Assembly: GCA_005882715.1 (NCBI GenBank) | Contig: VBEI01000094.1 | Location: 1 to 56,868 of the forward strand | Source of the DNA: Chloroflexota bacterium | GTDB lineage: Bacteria > Chloroflexota > Dehalococcoidia > SM23-28-2 > RBG-16-64-32 | Length of the DNA: 56,868 bases | Direction of reading: 5' to 3' | In this document: positions 6,768-17,065 of the stretch, piece after piece | How positions within the stretch are numbered: position 1 is the stretch's first letter | Layout: every line of letters starts with the position of its first letter | Notes under the pieces: model-generated | What the model was told of the DNA's origin: nothing | The model's database searches: none | Seen by the model: only the letters and a program-made list of their open reading frames with translations | Translations under genes and position numbers: made by a program

Positions 6768-7559
6768 TCACTGGAATGAGGGACGGTCTCCGAAACGCAA
6801 GTCCAGTACGTGCCCGGCCATCGCTTCGCGTCCCAGCCTTCCCTCTATCGCCTTCCAGACGGCGAGCTTGTAGTCCACGTTCTGGCTGTCGCCCACGACG
6901 ACGCGATAGCCCGCATCCGTCGTCAGGGTCAGCCCCTGCTGCGGTGAATACTCGAGCGTGACGACGTTCATCGCGAGGGTCTGCGGCACTCGCTGCAAGA
7001 CTGCCTGCGCGAGGATGACTGCATCGCCGTCGACGTGGTCGCCGGGCGCCAACCGCGGCGGACCGCTCACATCCAGGATCACCGGGCCGCTTTCCAGTGG
7101 TGCGCTGCCGGGCAGGACGATGCCCTCTTTGTCGATGACATAACGGTCGGGGCCGATCTGCCAGAAGGCCCAGGGCAGCCGTTCGATGATTACCAGGCGG
7201 ACTGTCTGGGGCCAGTGCCGTTCAAGACGCGCGGACTGCACCATCGGGATAGACTCGACGCGCCGTTCCGCGGCCGCCAGGTCCAATCGCATCATGCTTT
7301 TGCCTTCGAGGCGGGTCAGCGAAAGGACCTCATCCCGGCTCACCGCCGCGGCTCCCACGACCTCGATATCCTGGACGCGGAGCAGTGGTGAGACGTAGAG
7401 CCCGACTGAGCCGCCAATAAGGAGGCCGACGGCAAGGCCGGTGAGGAGGCGCCGCCAGCGCGTGAGCCGGACTCGGCGCGCCGTCTTCTCATCCATGAGG
7501 ATTTCGCCCTCGATCGGGCGCGGTTTTTCTTTGCGAGCCGCGTTGCCCCTAGACGGCAT
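6768..7559 (-). CDS. ftsQ: cell division protein FtsQ/DivIB
   Basis: 263 aa. One TM helix followed by a POTRA-like segment (VQDIEVVGAAAVSRDEVLSL...VESIPMVQSARLERHWPQTVRLVIIER). It occupies the usual position in the dcw cluster. Confidence 0.85.
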   Translation of the reverse strand: MPSRGNAARKEKPRPIEGEILMDEKTARRVRLTRWRRLLTGLAVGLLIGGSVGLYVSPLLRVQDIEVVGAAAVSRDEVLSLTRLEGKSMMRLDLAAAERRVESIPMVQSARLERHWPQTVRLVIIERLPWAFWQIGPDRYVIDKEGIVLPGSAPLESGPVILDVSGPPRLAPGDHVDGDAVILAQAVLQRVPQTLAMNVVTLEYSPQQGLTLTTDAGYRVVVGDSQNVDYKLAVWKAIEGRLGREAMAGHVLDLRFGDRPSFQ

Positions 7560-8622
7560 CGCCCTTCTCCCCGTGCCGCTCGAAGCCCAGCTCGATTAGG
7601 CGCGTGATCAGCTCTCGGTACGAAACGCCCGCGTACTCCCAGAGCTTCGGGTACATGCTCATCGGCGTGAAGCCCGGGATGGTGTTCACTTCGTTCAAAA
7701 GCAGTTCGCCGTCTCGTGCCAGAAAGAAGTCCACGCGCGCGAACCCGGCGCAGTCGAGCGCCTTGTATGCCTCGACCGCGATTTCGCGCAGCCGGTCGGC
7801 GGTGTCTGCCGGCATGTCGGCCGGTATATGAAGACGGGTGTTGGGATCGTCGTATTTGGCCTGATAGTCGTAGAACTCGCCCTCAAACGTGACCTCGCCG
7901 ACCGGCGAGGCCTCCGGCTCGTCGTTGCCGAGCACGGCCGTCTCAACCTGTCGTGCATCGATCGCCTTCTCGACCAGCACTTTGCGGTCGTAGCGGAACG
8001 CTTCGGCGAGCGCCGGCTGGAGGTCTTCCGCAGAGCGTACCTTCGACGTGCCGATGCTCGACCCGCCGTTCGCCGGCTTCACGAAAGAGGGGTACGAAAT
8101 CGTCGCCTCGATGCCCTGCCGCACACCCGCTGGGTCCGAGCGCCACATCGACGCCGGGATAACGACGTCGTCCGCGACTGGGATGCCGAGCTGCCGGAAG
8201 ATCGTCTTCTGGAGGGCCTTGTCCATCCCCAGGGCGCTCGCGGCCACCCCTGCGCCGACGTAAGGGACGCCGACGAGTTCCAGCAGGCCCTGTAACGTGC
8301 CGTCCTCTCCGTTTGTGCCGTGGATGAGCGGGAAGACGATGTCGACCCGCCGCAAGGTGGTCAGCGCCTGAGTTCGATAGAGGATGCCGTAGCCGAGCGG
8401 CTCCTCGAGCGCGCGCAACCGCTCTGAGCGGATGCGCGCCAACGCTTGCTCGGTCTGCGCCGGCGTTAGCCAGGTCCCCTGGCGAGTGACGCCAATGGGA
8501 ATGGGTTGAAAGCGGTCCGTGTCAAGCGCCGCCAACACGCCCTGCGCGGATACTACCGAGACCTCGTGCTCGGCCGAACGCCCGCCAAAGAGAATGCCGA
8601 CCTTTGCGCGCTTGCGGATCAG
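7549..8622 (-). CDS. ddl: D-alanine--D-alanine ligase (start codon uncertain, possibly CTG)
   Basis: ATP-grasp Ddl motifs are present (KVGILFGGRSAEHEVS, EVNTIPGFT). The 425-aa track ORF would overlap murB by about 200 nt. There is no ATG/GTG/TTG in frame near the conserved N-terminus. The CTG at 8620-8622 overlaps the murB TGA as CTGA. Confidence 0.9.
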   Translation of the reverse strand: MIRKRAKVGILFGGRSAEHEVSVVSAQGVLAALDTDRFQPIPIGVTRQGTWLTPAQTEQALARIRSERLRALEEPLGYGILYRTQALTTLRRVDIVFPLIHGTNGEDGTLQGLLELVGVPYVGAGVAASALGMDKALQKTIFRQLGIPVADDVVIPASMWRSDPAGVRQGIEATISYPSFVKPANGGSSIGTSKVRSAEDLQPALAEAFRYDRKVLVEKAIDARQVETAVLGNDEPEASPVGEVTFEGEFYDYQAKYDDPNTRLHIPADMPADTADRLREIAVEAYKALDCAGFARVDFFLARDGELLLNEVNTIPGFTPMSMYPKLWEYAGVSYRELITRLIELGFERHGEKGDAV

Positions 8623-9539
8623 GAAAACTCCCCCACTAACGCCACTTCCGGCTCTAACGCCACGCCGAACTGCTCGCGCACGCGCGCCTGTGCCAGTTCC
8701 ATCAGCGCCAGGATGTCGGCAGCTCTGGCGCCTCCGAGGTTGAGGATAAAGTTGGCGTGTCGCTCTGAGAATTGGGCGTCGCCAATCCTGTGCCCCCGCA
8801 GGCCGGCCTGTTCTATATACCACCACGAAGGGTTGTCCGGTGGGTTCTTGAACACGGAGCCACAGTTGCGGCCCGGCGGCTGCGCGGTCCTGCGCTGCTC
8901 GTCGAACTCCCGCAGCCGCTCCCTCAGCGTCTGGCCGTCGCCGCGCTGCAGGCGGAGGTCGACCGACAGGACCACCTTGTCTTGAATGGTGCCGCGGGTA
9001 AACGCGCTCTTGCGGTAATCAAACTCAAGGTCTTCAGGCGAGAGGGCAATGACGTTGCCGTCTTCGTCACCTAGCCTGGCGCCCTTGAGCACGTCCTTCA
9101 GCGAGCGGTCGTAGGCGCCGGCGTTCGAAACGACGGCCCCGCCGAGGCTTCCCGGAATGCCGCAGGCCCACTCGATGCCCCCGTACCCCGCTGAGGAGAG
9201 CCGGCGTGCGAGCGCGGCAAAGCTCACGCCGCTCGCGACGCGCGCGCGGAATCCAGCCCCGTTGGGGGAAGGACCTTCGACCTGGCTCGTGCGGTTCTCG
9301 ATTGTGAGGCCGCGCACGCCTCCGTCGCCGACGAGGACGTTTGAGCCCGAGCCGAAGATGAATACCGGCTCACCGGCTTTCCGCGCCAGAGAGTAGCCAA
9401 GACGAAGCTGCTCTTCCGTATCTGCTAGGAGGTAGACGTCCGCCGGGCCGCCCACGCCGAATGTGACGTGGCGGGAGAGCGGCTCATCAAGCTTGACCTC
9501 TGCGAGGCGTCGCAGCCGCTCTACCAGCCCGCGGTTCAT
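8619..9539 (-). CDS. murB: UDP-N-acetylenolpyruvoylglucosamine reductase
   Basis: 306 aa with FAD-binding domain motifs (FGVGGPADVY, GSGSNVLV). dcw context. Confidence 0.93.
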   Translation of the reverse strand: MNRGLVERLRRLAEVKLDEPLSRHVTFGVGGPADVYLLADTEEQLRLGYSLARKAGEPVFIFGSGSNVLVGDGGVRGLTIENRTSQVEGPSPNGAGFRARVASGVSFAALARRLSSAGYGGIEWACGIPGSLGGAVVSNAGAYDRSLKDVLKGARLGDEDGNVIALSPEDLEFDYRKSAFTRGTIQDKVVLSVDLRLQRGDGQTLRERLREFDEQRRTAQPPGRNCGSVFKNPPDNPSWWYIEQAGLRGHRIGDAQFSERHANFILNLGGARAADILALMELAQARVREQFGVALEPEVALVGEFS

Positions 9540-10945
9540 CGCTGCTCCAGGAATTCCAAGACCATCGGGCCGACCGTATCGACGTCTCCGGCGCCGATGG
9601 TGAAGAACACATCGCCTGGCCGAAGAATGTCTACGACTGCGCGCGCCGCCTCGTCGAGCTCACCGGCGTAGCGCGCCGGGGGGTCGGTGATTTCCCGCGC
9701 CAACTCCTCCGCGCTCATCCCGGCTGCGGGCTCCTCGCGGGCTGCGTAGGTACGCGCGATCAGCAGAACGTCGCAGTCGCCGAAGCATGTCCGAAAGCCG
9801 TCCAGCAGATACCTCGTGCGGGTGTAGGTATGCGGCTGGAACAGGCAAACCAAGCGCTGGTCGGGGAATCGGCTTCGAGCCGCGGCGAGCGTCGCCCGGA
9901 CCTCACTGGGGTGATGCGCGTAATCGTCCATTACGAGCACGCCGCCTGCTTCGCCGATTCGCTGGAAGCGCCGGCGCACGCCGTGGAAGTCCTCAATGGC
10001 GCCGGCGATGGTGGATGGTGAGAGCCCGATGATTTCACCAACGGCCACTGCCGCCAGTGAGTTGCTTACATTGTGAACGCCGGGTAATCCCGTATCTACA
10101 GTCCCCCACTCTTCTTGACGGAATTCTACCATAAAAGATGATCTGTCTACACCCTTTGGCGAAATATCACTAGCCCGCCAGTCAGCCGGCGTGCTGAGGC
10201 CATAGGAGACGACGCGGACAGGGGAGGAGGTCGTGTCGTCTCCTATGGCCTCCGTAAGAACCGCCTGCACGTCAGGGGAGTCCATGCAGGCCACAATATG
10301 ACCGTTGTTTTCGACTTGAGACAGGAACTGACGGAATGCGTCCCTCAGGTTCTCGAACGAACCGTAGAAGTCCAGATGGTCCGGCTCTATGTTCGTTACG
10401 ACCGCCATGTGCGGCCGGTAGTTCAGAAACGCCGCGTCAAATTCATCTGCCTCAACGACAAAGTGGGCGCCGTCGCCCGGCGCGGCATTGCCGCCGAGAT
10501 CGATGCTCTCGCCGCCCAGCATGTAAGTAGGGGCCAGTCCCGCGCGGTCAAGCATCCAGGCGATCAGCGAAGTCGTTGTCGTCTTGCCGTGACTGCCGGC
10601 GACGGCGATTACCTGCTTGCCCTCCATGAGCCGCGCGATCATGGGCGCCCGCTTGATCGTCTGGATGCCTAGGCGTCTCGCCTCGGCCAGCTCCGGATTG
10701 TCGTCGTGCGCCGCGGAGGTATAGACGACGAGCTCTGCCTCATCGATGTTCGCGGCGTCATGGCCGCTGTGGACTGTGACTCCGAGCCCTTCTAGCCGGG
10801 AAGTGAGCGGGGAAAGGTGCAGGTCCGAGCCGGAGATGGTATGACCTCTGTGACGAAGGATCTGCGCGATGCCCGACATATGTACGCCGCCGACGCCGAT
10901 GAGGTGCACTCGCTCGGGGATCGCCCCAATGAGCGTCGCGTTCAC
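9536..10945 (-). CDS. murC: UDP-N-acetylmuramate--L-alanine ligase
   Basis: 469 aa. HLIGVGGVHMSGIA and the Mur ligase P-loop GSHGKTTTTSLIA. GTGA overlap with the murG stop. Confidence 0.95.
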   Translation of the reverse strand: MNATLIGAIPERVHLIGVGGVHMSGIAQILRHRGHTISGSDLHLSPLTSRLEGLGVTVHSGHDAANIDEAELVVYTSAAHDDNPELAEARRLGIQTIKRAPMIARLMEGKQVIAVAGSHGKTTTTSLIAWMLDRAGLAPTYMLGGESIDLGGNAAPGDGAHFVVEADEFDAAFLNYRPHMAVVTNIEPDHLDFYGSFENLRDAFRQFLSQVENNGHIVACMDSPDVQAVLTEAIGDDTTSSPVRVVSYGLSTPADWRASDISPKGVDRSSFMVEFRQEEWGTVDTGLPGVHNVSNSLAAVAVGEIIGLSPSTIAGAIEDFHGVRRRFQRIGEAGGVLVMDDYAHHPSEVRATLAAARSRFPDQRLVCLFQPHTYTRTRYLLDGFRTCFGDCDVLLIARTYAAREEPAAGMSAEELAREITDPPARYAGELDEAARAVVDILRPGDVFFTIGAGDVDTVGPMVLEFLEQR

Positions 10946-12051
10946 GGTTGTCGTCCCACCGCCAGCTCGAGCACGATCGCGGCGATGCGCTGGGCGGCAT
11001 CGGGGCGGGCGAGGCCCTGCGCCGACTCCCGCATGCTTCGCAAGCGTTGCTCGTCGTGCAGGAGCTCGCCGACGAGAGGGAGCAGGCGCTTGATGTCCTC
11101 GTCCTCGAGGACGACGGCCGCTCCGTGCCGTTTAAGGTAGCGGGCGTTGATCCGCTGGTGACCCCCCGCGTAGCGGTATGGCACGAGGACTGCCGGTAGG
11201 CCGACGGCCGGCAATTCGCCTAATGTGGAGGCGCCGGAACGGCAGACGGCGAGGTCAGCCGCCGCCATCGCCCAGGCCGTATCTTCGTGGAGATAGCCAA
11301 ACAGGTGATAACGGCTTCGGAGGGCCGGAGGGAGGCCATCCCGTATTTCGCTCAGCCATTGCTCGTCCGCTTGACCACTGACGTGAACAACCTCACATAA
11401 CTGAAGCAGGCCGTAAAGCTCCGCGGCGATCGCTCGATTGATGCTATGCGCGCCCTGCGAGGCCCCGATTACGAAGAGCACCTTCTCGTTAGCGTCCAAC
11501 CGCAGCTTTTCGCGCCCGCCGGCGCGATCGGCTTGCCAGAACTCCTGGCGTACCGGATAGCCAGTGACGACGCCGTCTCGGTGCGGCAGGCGGCGAAGGC
11601 TCTCCGCGGCCGTTACCGCCACACGCCGGGCAAGCCGTGTGGTTGCCTGGACAGCCCATCCCGGGTAGAGGTCCGGCAGGTACACCGCCAGCGGAATGCC
11701 GCAGGCCCGCGCGGCGAGGGCCACGGGGAAGCTGACGTATCCTCCTGTCGAGAGCACGGCCTGCGGCTTGAACTGTCTCAGAATATTCCTCGCTTGCTTG
11801 GTCCCAAATGCTATTTTGACCGCATTTGCCGCCATCTCCCACGGCATCCGGCCGCGTATCGGCGCGGCGGGCACTTTTCGCACTGGTATTCCGGCATGTG
11901 CCACGATCTCCGCCTCGGCCCGGCTTCCCGAGCCCAGGTAGAGCAGGTCAAGGCTTTCGCCGGGTGCTAAGGCGCATTCGAGTGCGCGCGCGATGCTCAG
12001 AGCCGGGTACGCGTGGCCGCCGGTGCCGCCGCCGCTTAACGCCAGTCTCAC
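10942..12051 (-). CDS. murG: UDP-GlcNAc:lipid I N-acetylglucosaminyltransferase
   Basis: 369 aa with the SGGGTGGHAYPAL N-terminal motif. dcw context. Confidence 0.95.
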   Translation of the reverse strand: MRLALSGGGTGGHAYPALSIARALECALAPGESLDLLYLGSGSRAEAEIVAHAGIPVRKVPAAPIRGRMPWEMAANAVKIAFGTKQARNILRQFKPQAVLSTGGYVSFPVALAARACGIPLAVYLPDLYPGWAVQATTRLARRVAVTAAESLRRLPHRDGVVTGYPVRQEFWQADRAGGREKLRLDANEKVLFVIGASQGAHSINRAIAAELYGLLQLCEVVHVSGQADEQWLSEIRDGLPPALRSRYHLFGYLHEDTAWAMAAADLAVCRSGASTLGELPAVGLPAVLVPYRYAGGHQRINARYLKRHGAAVVLEDEDIKRLLPLVGELLHDEQRLRSMRESAQGLARPDAAQRIAAIVLELAVGRQP

Positions 12052-13247
12052 ACCGAGCCCCGGCCGTAGGCGGGACGTCCGGCTGGCGGCCTCTTGCGTC
12101 GGGGGCGGGCCGGCGCGGCACGCTTCGTGGACCTGCTGTGTACCTGCAGGCGTTCGCCCGAACTATACCGCGACACGCTAAGCAGCACCCCGACCGCCGC
12201 CATCACCATGATCAGCGACGATCCACCGTAGCTGAGAAACGGCATCGGGACTCCCGTGAGCGGGATGGTGCGCGTTATTCCCCCAATGTTGATTAGCGTT
12301 TGGCCTGAGATCCAGCTGATCACGCCGATGCAGAGCAACATCGAAAATCTATCGCGCGACCCTAGCGTCACCATCACCGAGCGCCAGATGAAGAATGCGA
12401 ACAACCCGAGGATCGCAAGCAGCCCGAGGAAACCGATTTCTTCACCGAGGATCGCAAACACGCCATCGGTGTGCGATCCCGGCACGTAAAAGAACTTCTG
12501 CCTGCCCTCGCCCCATCCGAGTCCCAACGGGCCTCCGCTGCCCAGCGCAACCAGCAGTTGCGCGATCTGAAAGCCACCACCCTGTGGGTCCGATTCCGGG
12601 CTGACGAATATCGCTAGCCTATCCAGCTGATAGTCGCGCTGAACAATCACGGCGTAGCTAATGATCCCGCCGACCGCGATGAGGAGCCCTAAGTGGCTCA
12701 GCGGCGCACCGGCGACGAAGAAGAGAGTGCTCGCGGTCAAGAAGATTATGATGGTCGTTCCCATGTCCGGCTCGGCGATCACGAGCCCGCCGACGATTCC
12801 CAGGAGCAACACAAAAGGGACGAACCCGAGCGAGAACTTGTTGATGTCCGTCCCGCGGCTGGCCAGCCAGGCAGCGATGTAGATGATCACAGCCAGCTTG
12901 GCGAACTCGCTCGGCTGAATTGAGACGGGCCCGAAGACCAGCCAGCGCGCCGCCCCGTTCCTCTCTACCCCGGGCCCGGGCAGTAGGACGGCTATCAGCC
13001 CCAGAAGCGCCAGTATGAGCATCGGCACGCTCCAGGCGCGCAGCCGGTTATAGTCCATGCGCATGAACACAACGAGCGCCGCCACTCCAAGCAGCGCGAA
13101 CACGGCCTGACGAGAGACGAAGTAGCTGGTGTTGCCGAACTCGTGGTAACCGACCGCGAAACTCGATGTGTATACGGCAAGGAGCCCTGTAATGACGAGC
13201 ATTGCCGTCGCCACCAGCAACAGGTAGTCGGGCTGCCCGGCTCGCAA
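12048..13247 (-). CDS. ftsW: SEDS-family peptidoglycan polymerase FtsW
   Basis: 399 aa, multi-pass membrane protein with PGSHTDGVFAILGEEIGFLG (SEDS motif). It lies between murD and murG. Confidence 0.92.
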   Translation of the reverse strand: MRAGQPDYLLLVATAMLVITGLLAVYTSSFAVGYHEFGNTSYFVSRQAVFALLGVAALVVFMRMDYNRLRAWSVPMLILALLGLIAVLLPGPGVERNGAARWLVFGPVSIQPSEFAKLAVIIYIAAWLASRGTDINKFSLGFVPFVLLLGIVGGLVIAEPDMGTTIIIFLTASTLFFVAGAPLSHLGLLIAVGGIISYAVIVQRDYQLDRLAIFVSPESDPQGGGFQIAQLLVALGSGGPLGLGWGEGRQKFFYVPGSHTDGVFAILGEEIGFLGLLAILGLFAFFIWRSVMVTLGSRDRFSMLLCIGVISWISGQTLINIGGITRTIPLTGVPMPFLSYGGSSLIMVMAAVGVLLSVSRYSSGERLQVHSRSTKRAAPARPRRKRPPAGRPAYGRGSV

Positions 13248-13279
13248 TGCGCCGGCGCGCCGATCCTCGCCCTGGAAGT

Positions 13280-14689
13280 CTAAGGCAGCGATGGCTGCGC
13301 CTCCATGACCATCTGCGCGACAAGCCTTCGGAAGTGTTCGCCGCGATGCTCGAAGCTGTCGTAAGCGTCATAACTCGTGCAGGCAGGCGACAGCAGCACC
13401 ACGTCTCCGGGGTGTGCCAGCCTTCGCGCGGCCTCAACGGCCTCACTAAGGCCTTCCACCAGGCGGACGCCGGCCCCAGGGGCGCCTGTCTTTTGGAAAG
13501 CCTGCTCGAATTTGGTCCCCGATTCCCCGAACAGGACCACGGCCCGGCAGCGTTGCATGGCTTCTGTCGCGAGGTCTTCCAAAGGCAGGTTCTTGTCGCG
13601 GCCGCCCAGCAGCAGGACGGCTGGCTCGCTGAAGGAACGTATGCCGGCCAGCGCTCGCTCTGGGGTCGTGGCGATGCTATCGTTGTAGTAAGAGACGCCG
13701 TCGATTTCGGCGACTAGCTCGAGCCGGTGAGGCACTCCGCGGAAAGTCTGCACGGCGCAGGCGATTGCTTCAGGCGAAATACCGCAGGCCGTCGCGATTG
13801 CTGCTGCGGCAACGGCGTTTGCCTGATTATGCCGCCCGCGCAGCCGCACGCTCTCCAGTGGGAAGAGACGTTCGTTCAGCTTGCCGCAGCGGACTACCGC
13901 CCAACCCTCGCGCACGAAGACACCGTCACCGGGCAGGAGGTCTCCCAGCGTGAACCAAAGTAATTGCGCGTTGACCTCGGGCCCCAAACTGCGCGACTCG
14001 GCGTCGTCGAAGCCCAGTACCGCGATGTCGGATGCCTGCTGAAAGCGAATGATGCGCGCCTTTAGCCGCCGGTATTCGTCCCACGAGAAGTGGTCCAGGT
14101 GGTTGGGTGTGATGTTGAGGACAGCCGCGACGTGAGGGCTGCTGTCTACGAGCTGAAGCTGCGTGTGGCTCATCTCCAGCACCGCCCAGGTATAGGCGCG
14201 CACCGACGACAGGTGCTCCAGTAGGCCGACTCCGATATTGCCGCCGACGAACACCGGCCGCTCGTCCGCCTCGAACATCTCGCCCACGAGGGCGGTGGTC
14301 GTCGTCTTTCCGCTGGAACCCGTAATGCCGGCGATCGGCCCGGGGCAAAGCTCCATGAATAGGCCCATCATCGAGTGCATGGGCACGCCGCGCTCCCTTG
14401 CGCGCGCCATGCCGGGCAGGTCCAGCGGCACCCCCTGCGATATAAACACTGCCTCCGCTTCAGCGATGTCGTCGGGCCGGTTCGAGCCGAGCGCCAGCTT
14501 CAGGCCCAGGTTGTCCACCTGCCGCAGGCGCTCGCTCAGCTTCAGCCGTGGCTTCGAGTCGGAGACTGTGACCATGGCCCCTTGCCGCGCAAGGTAGCGC
14601 GCGATGTCTACGCCTTCGATTCCAAGCCCAACGACAGTTACGCGCTTGTCAGAGAAGTCCAGGTCGCGTGGGTGATGACGGATCTCCAT
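13280..14689 (-). CDS. murD: UDP-N-acetylmuramoylalanine--D-glutamate ligase
   Basis: 469 aa. VVGLGIEGVDIARYL and GITGSSGKTTTTAL. Confidence 0.95.
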   Translation of the reverse strand: MEIRHHPRDLDFSDKRVTVVGLGIEGVDIARYLARQGAMVTVSDSKPRLKLSERLRQVDNLGLKLALGSNRPDDIAEAEAVFISQGVPLDLPGMARARERGVPMHSMMGLFMELCPGPIAGITGSSGKTTTTALVGEMFEADERPVFVGGNIGVGLLEHLSSVRAYTWAVLEMSHTQLQLVDSSPHVAAVLNITPNHLDHFSWDEYRRLKARIIRFQQASDIAVLGFDDAESRSLGPEVNAQLLWFTLGDLLPGDGVFVREGWAVVRCGKLNERLFPLESVRLRGRHNQANAVAAAAIATACGISPEAIACAVQTFRGVPHRLELVAEIDGVSYYNDSIATTPERALAGIRSFSEPAVLLLGGRDKNLPLEDLATEAMQRCRAVVLFGESGTKFEQAFQKTGAPGAGVRLVEGLSEAVEAARRLAHPGDVVLLSPACTSYDAYDSFEHRGEHFRRLVAQMVMEAQPSLP

Positions 14690-15694
14690 CTACACCTCCA
14701 TCGCCAATGCGATTCCGATAATCGCGCCGAGGGCGCCGACAATCCAGAACCTCTGCACCACTTGCACCTCGCTCCAGCCTAGCTCCTCGAAATGATGGTG
14801 CAGCGGCGCCATGCGGAAGATGCGCTTTCCGCCTGTTAACTTGAAATAGCCGATCTGCACGTAGCTGGATGCGCCCTCAGCGAGAAAGACGATTCCGATG
14901 AGGGGCAGAACCAACCAGTGCCCTGTCATGAACGCCGCCACCGCGAGCCCGCCGCCGAGCGCGAGAGCGCCGATATCACCCATGAACACCGCGGCGGGGT
15001 GCGAGTTGTGCCAGAGAAACCCCAGCGAGGCGCCGGTGACCGTAAAGCAAAACGCCCCGAGATATGTCTGCTCCTGAAGCAACGCTATCGCTCCGTAGGC
15101 CGCAAAGGCGATCGCGGAAGTGCCTGCGACCAGTCCGTCAAGCCCATCGGTGACGGCCACACCGCCGGCCGTAACGACGATTACGCCAAGCGCGACCAGC
15201 AAATAAAGGCCTCCGATGTCGTGCGATCCCTCGAACGGTATGTGCACACGTCGCAAGTCGAGGAGGTCGTACAGCGCGTACGCCGTGGCAGCACCAATGG
15301 CGATAAACGCCACAAGTTTCACGCGCTTGTTCAGGGCCCACTGCTCACGCCCGCGAAGGGAACCGAAATCGTCGATTCCGCCCAGCAGCGCCAGCGAGCC
15401 CATCACCACCAGCGGCAACCCGACGGAGTACCGGCCGAAGAGATTGCCGGCCAGTGTCGTCGCCAGGACGCCGGCAAGCAGGAAGATGCCGCCCATCGTC
15501 GGCCTTCCCGCCTTGGCGGCATGGCGCTCGGGGGCTAGGGTCGGCGCATCACCCGCGGAGCCCTCGACGGGAGCCCGGAGGTACTCATAGATCTCCTTGC
15601 TCACATTTCGCTGTCGTAGGAACCAGATCGTCGGCCAGCCGGCCACCACGGTAACTATCAAGCTGATTGCTCCCAGCACCAATGCATGTGTCAT
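14690..15694 (-). CDS. mraY: phospho-N-acetylmuramoyl-pentapeptide transferase
   Basis: The ATG at 15692-15694 overlaps the murF TGA as ATGA. The upstream 69 codons of the track ORF lie inside murF. Motifs KAGRPTMGG and GGIDDFGSL are present. Confidence 0.93.
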   Translation of the reverse strand: MTHALVLGAISLIVTVVAGWPTIWFLRQRNVSKEIYEYLRAPVEGSAGDAPTLAPERHAAKAGRPTMGGIFLLAGVLATTLAGNLFGRYSVGLPLVVMGSLALLGGIDDFGSLRGREQWALNKRVKLVAFIAIGAATAYALYDLLDLRRVHIPFEGSHDIGGLYLLVALGVIVVTAGGVAVTDGLDGLVAGTSAIAFAAYGAIALLQEQTYLGAFCFTVTGASLGFLWHNSHPAAVFMGDIGALALGGGLAVAAFMTGHWLVLPLIGIVFLAEGASSYVQIGYFKLTGGKRIFRMAPLHHHFEELGWSEVQVVQRFWIVGALGAIIGIALAMEV

Positions 15695-17061
15695 GTCTCT
15701 GTCAGCGCCGAGACCACTTCTTCGAAAACCATCGCGCGCGAGGCCTTGACCAGCAAGTGGTCGCCCTCGCGCAGCTCCTCGCGGAGCGTTTCGATCGCCT
15801 CTTCGGCCGAGTCCAGATGCCTTACCTCTGTCGCGCAAGCGCGGCGCGCTGCCTCGGCGATGGACGACGCCCGGGGGCCGACGGTGAGTAACAAATCGCA
15901 CGCCGTGGCGGCGCGCTGACCGACGCTCCGGTGCCCTTCTTCTTCGGCCGCGCCGAGCTCCAGCATGTCGCCCAGCAGGGCGATCCGGCGGCCCGCAAGA
16001 TCCGCCAGCAGGTCGAGCGCCGCGAGCATCGAAGCCGGGCTGGCGTTATAGCTGTCGTCCAGAATCGTCGAGCCGTTTGGCCCCGGCAAGATTCGGCTCC
16101 TCAGGTCGAGCCGCGCTTCCGCGAGGGCATCCGCTACTTGGCTCAGCGTAAGCCCTTCGTCCAGTGCGGCAGCGGCCGCAGCCAGGGCCGGGTAAACGTG
16201 ATGCTTTCCGGGCAGCTGTAAACGAACGTCCACACTATTGCCAGCATGGGTAAGTCGAAACTCGATCCCGGCGAGTCCCCTGCCGACGACGTCGCTCGCA
16301 CGGATGTTGGACTGCTCAGAGAAACCGTAGTACGTGACTCGCGCTTGCGTGCGCTCTGCCATGGCGGCAGTCCGGGCGTCGTCGCCGTTAAGCACCGCCA
16401 GCCCGTCAGGCGGCAGCGCCTCTACCAGTTCCACTTTAGCTGCCGTGATAGCGCCCATTGAGCCGAGCCGCTCGAGGTGCACGGGCCCCACGTTGGTCAC
16501 CACGCCGGTCGCCGGTCTCGCGATCTGTGAGAGCGTGGCGATGTCGCCTCGCGCGTACATCCCGAACTCCAGGACAGCGCGTTCATGCTCCCTCGTTAGC
16601 TGTAGAAGGGTGAGTGGAATGCCGATCTCAGTGTTGAGGTTGGCTTCGCTCTTCAGCACGCGGTATTTGCGGCCGAGCACCGATGCGATTAGTTCCTTGC
16701 AGGTCGTCTTCCCCACGCTGCCCGTGACAGCGATGACCTTGGCGTCATGCTGAAGTCGCCACCATTCGGCCAAGCGCTGGAGCGCGTGCAGAGAGTCGCT
16801 CACATGGAACAGGGTGGCCGCGTCCGGCGTCTCGATGGGCCTCTCGATTACCGCCCCAAACGCACCCGCCTCGATCGCTTGCGCGACGAAGTCGTGCCCG
16901 TCCTCTCGCTCGCCACGGACGGCGAAGAAGAGATCGCCTTTCTGGACGTCCCGCGAATCAATTGCCGCGCGCTCGAATCTGGGATCGGTGGGGCCGCGGC
17001 TTGCCACAAGAACCCCCTTCAGCCCTTCCCAGACCGCCGTTACTTTGATGCTTCCCATCAC
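15691..17061 (-). CDS. murF: UDP-MurNAc-tripeptide--D-alanyl-D-alanine ligase
   Basis: 456 aa with the P-loop VTGSVGKTTCKELI. dcw context. Confidence 0.95.
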   Translation of the reverse strand: MMGSIKVTAVWEGLKGVLVASRGPTDPRFERAAIDSRDVQKGDLFFAVRGEREDGHDFVAQAIEAGAFGAVIERPIETPDAATLFHVSDSLHALQRLAEWWRLQHDAKVIAVTGSVGKTTCKELIASVLGRKYRVLKSEANLNTEIGIPLTLLQLTREHERAVLEFGMYARGDIATLSQIARPATGVVTNVGPVHLERLGSMGAITAAKVELVEALPPDGLAVLNGDDARTAAMAERTQARVTYYGFSEQSNIRASDVVGRGLAGIEFRLTHAGNSVDVRLQLPGKHHVYPALAAAAAALDEGLTLSQVADALAEARLDLRSRILPGPNGSTILDDSYNASPASMLAALDLLADLAGRRIALLGDMLELGAAEEEGHRSVGQRAATACDLLLTVGPRASSIAEAARRACATEVRHLDSAEEAIETLREELREGDHLLVKASRAMVFEEVVSALTET

Positions 17062-17065
17062 AGCT

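Noticed and set aside
14690-15901. N-terminal extensions of the track ORFs for mraY (and likewise ftsL 18818..19381, hisC 54358..55728 and hisB 55580..56314)
   Set aside because: The extensions lie inside the preceding gene. Internal starts give ATGA/TGATG-type overlaps and match the conserved N-termini of the families.
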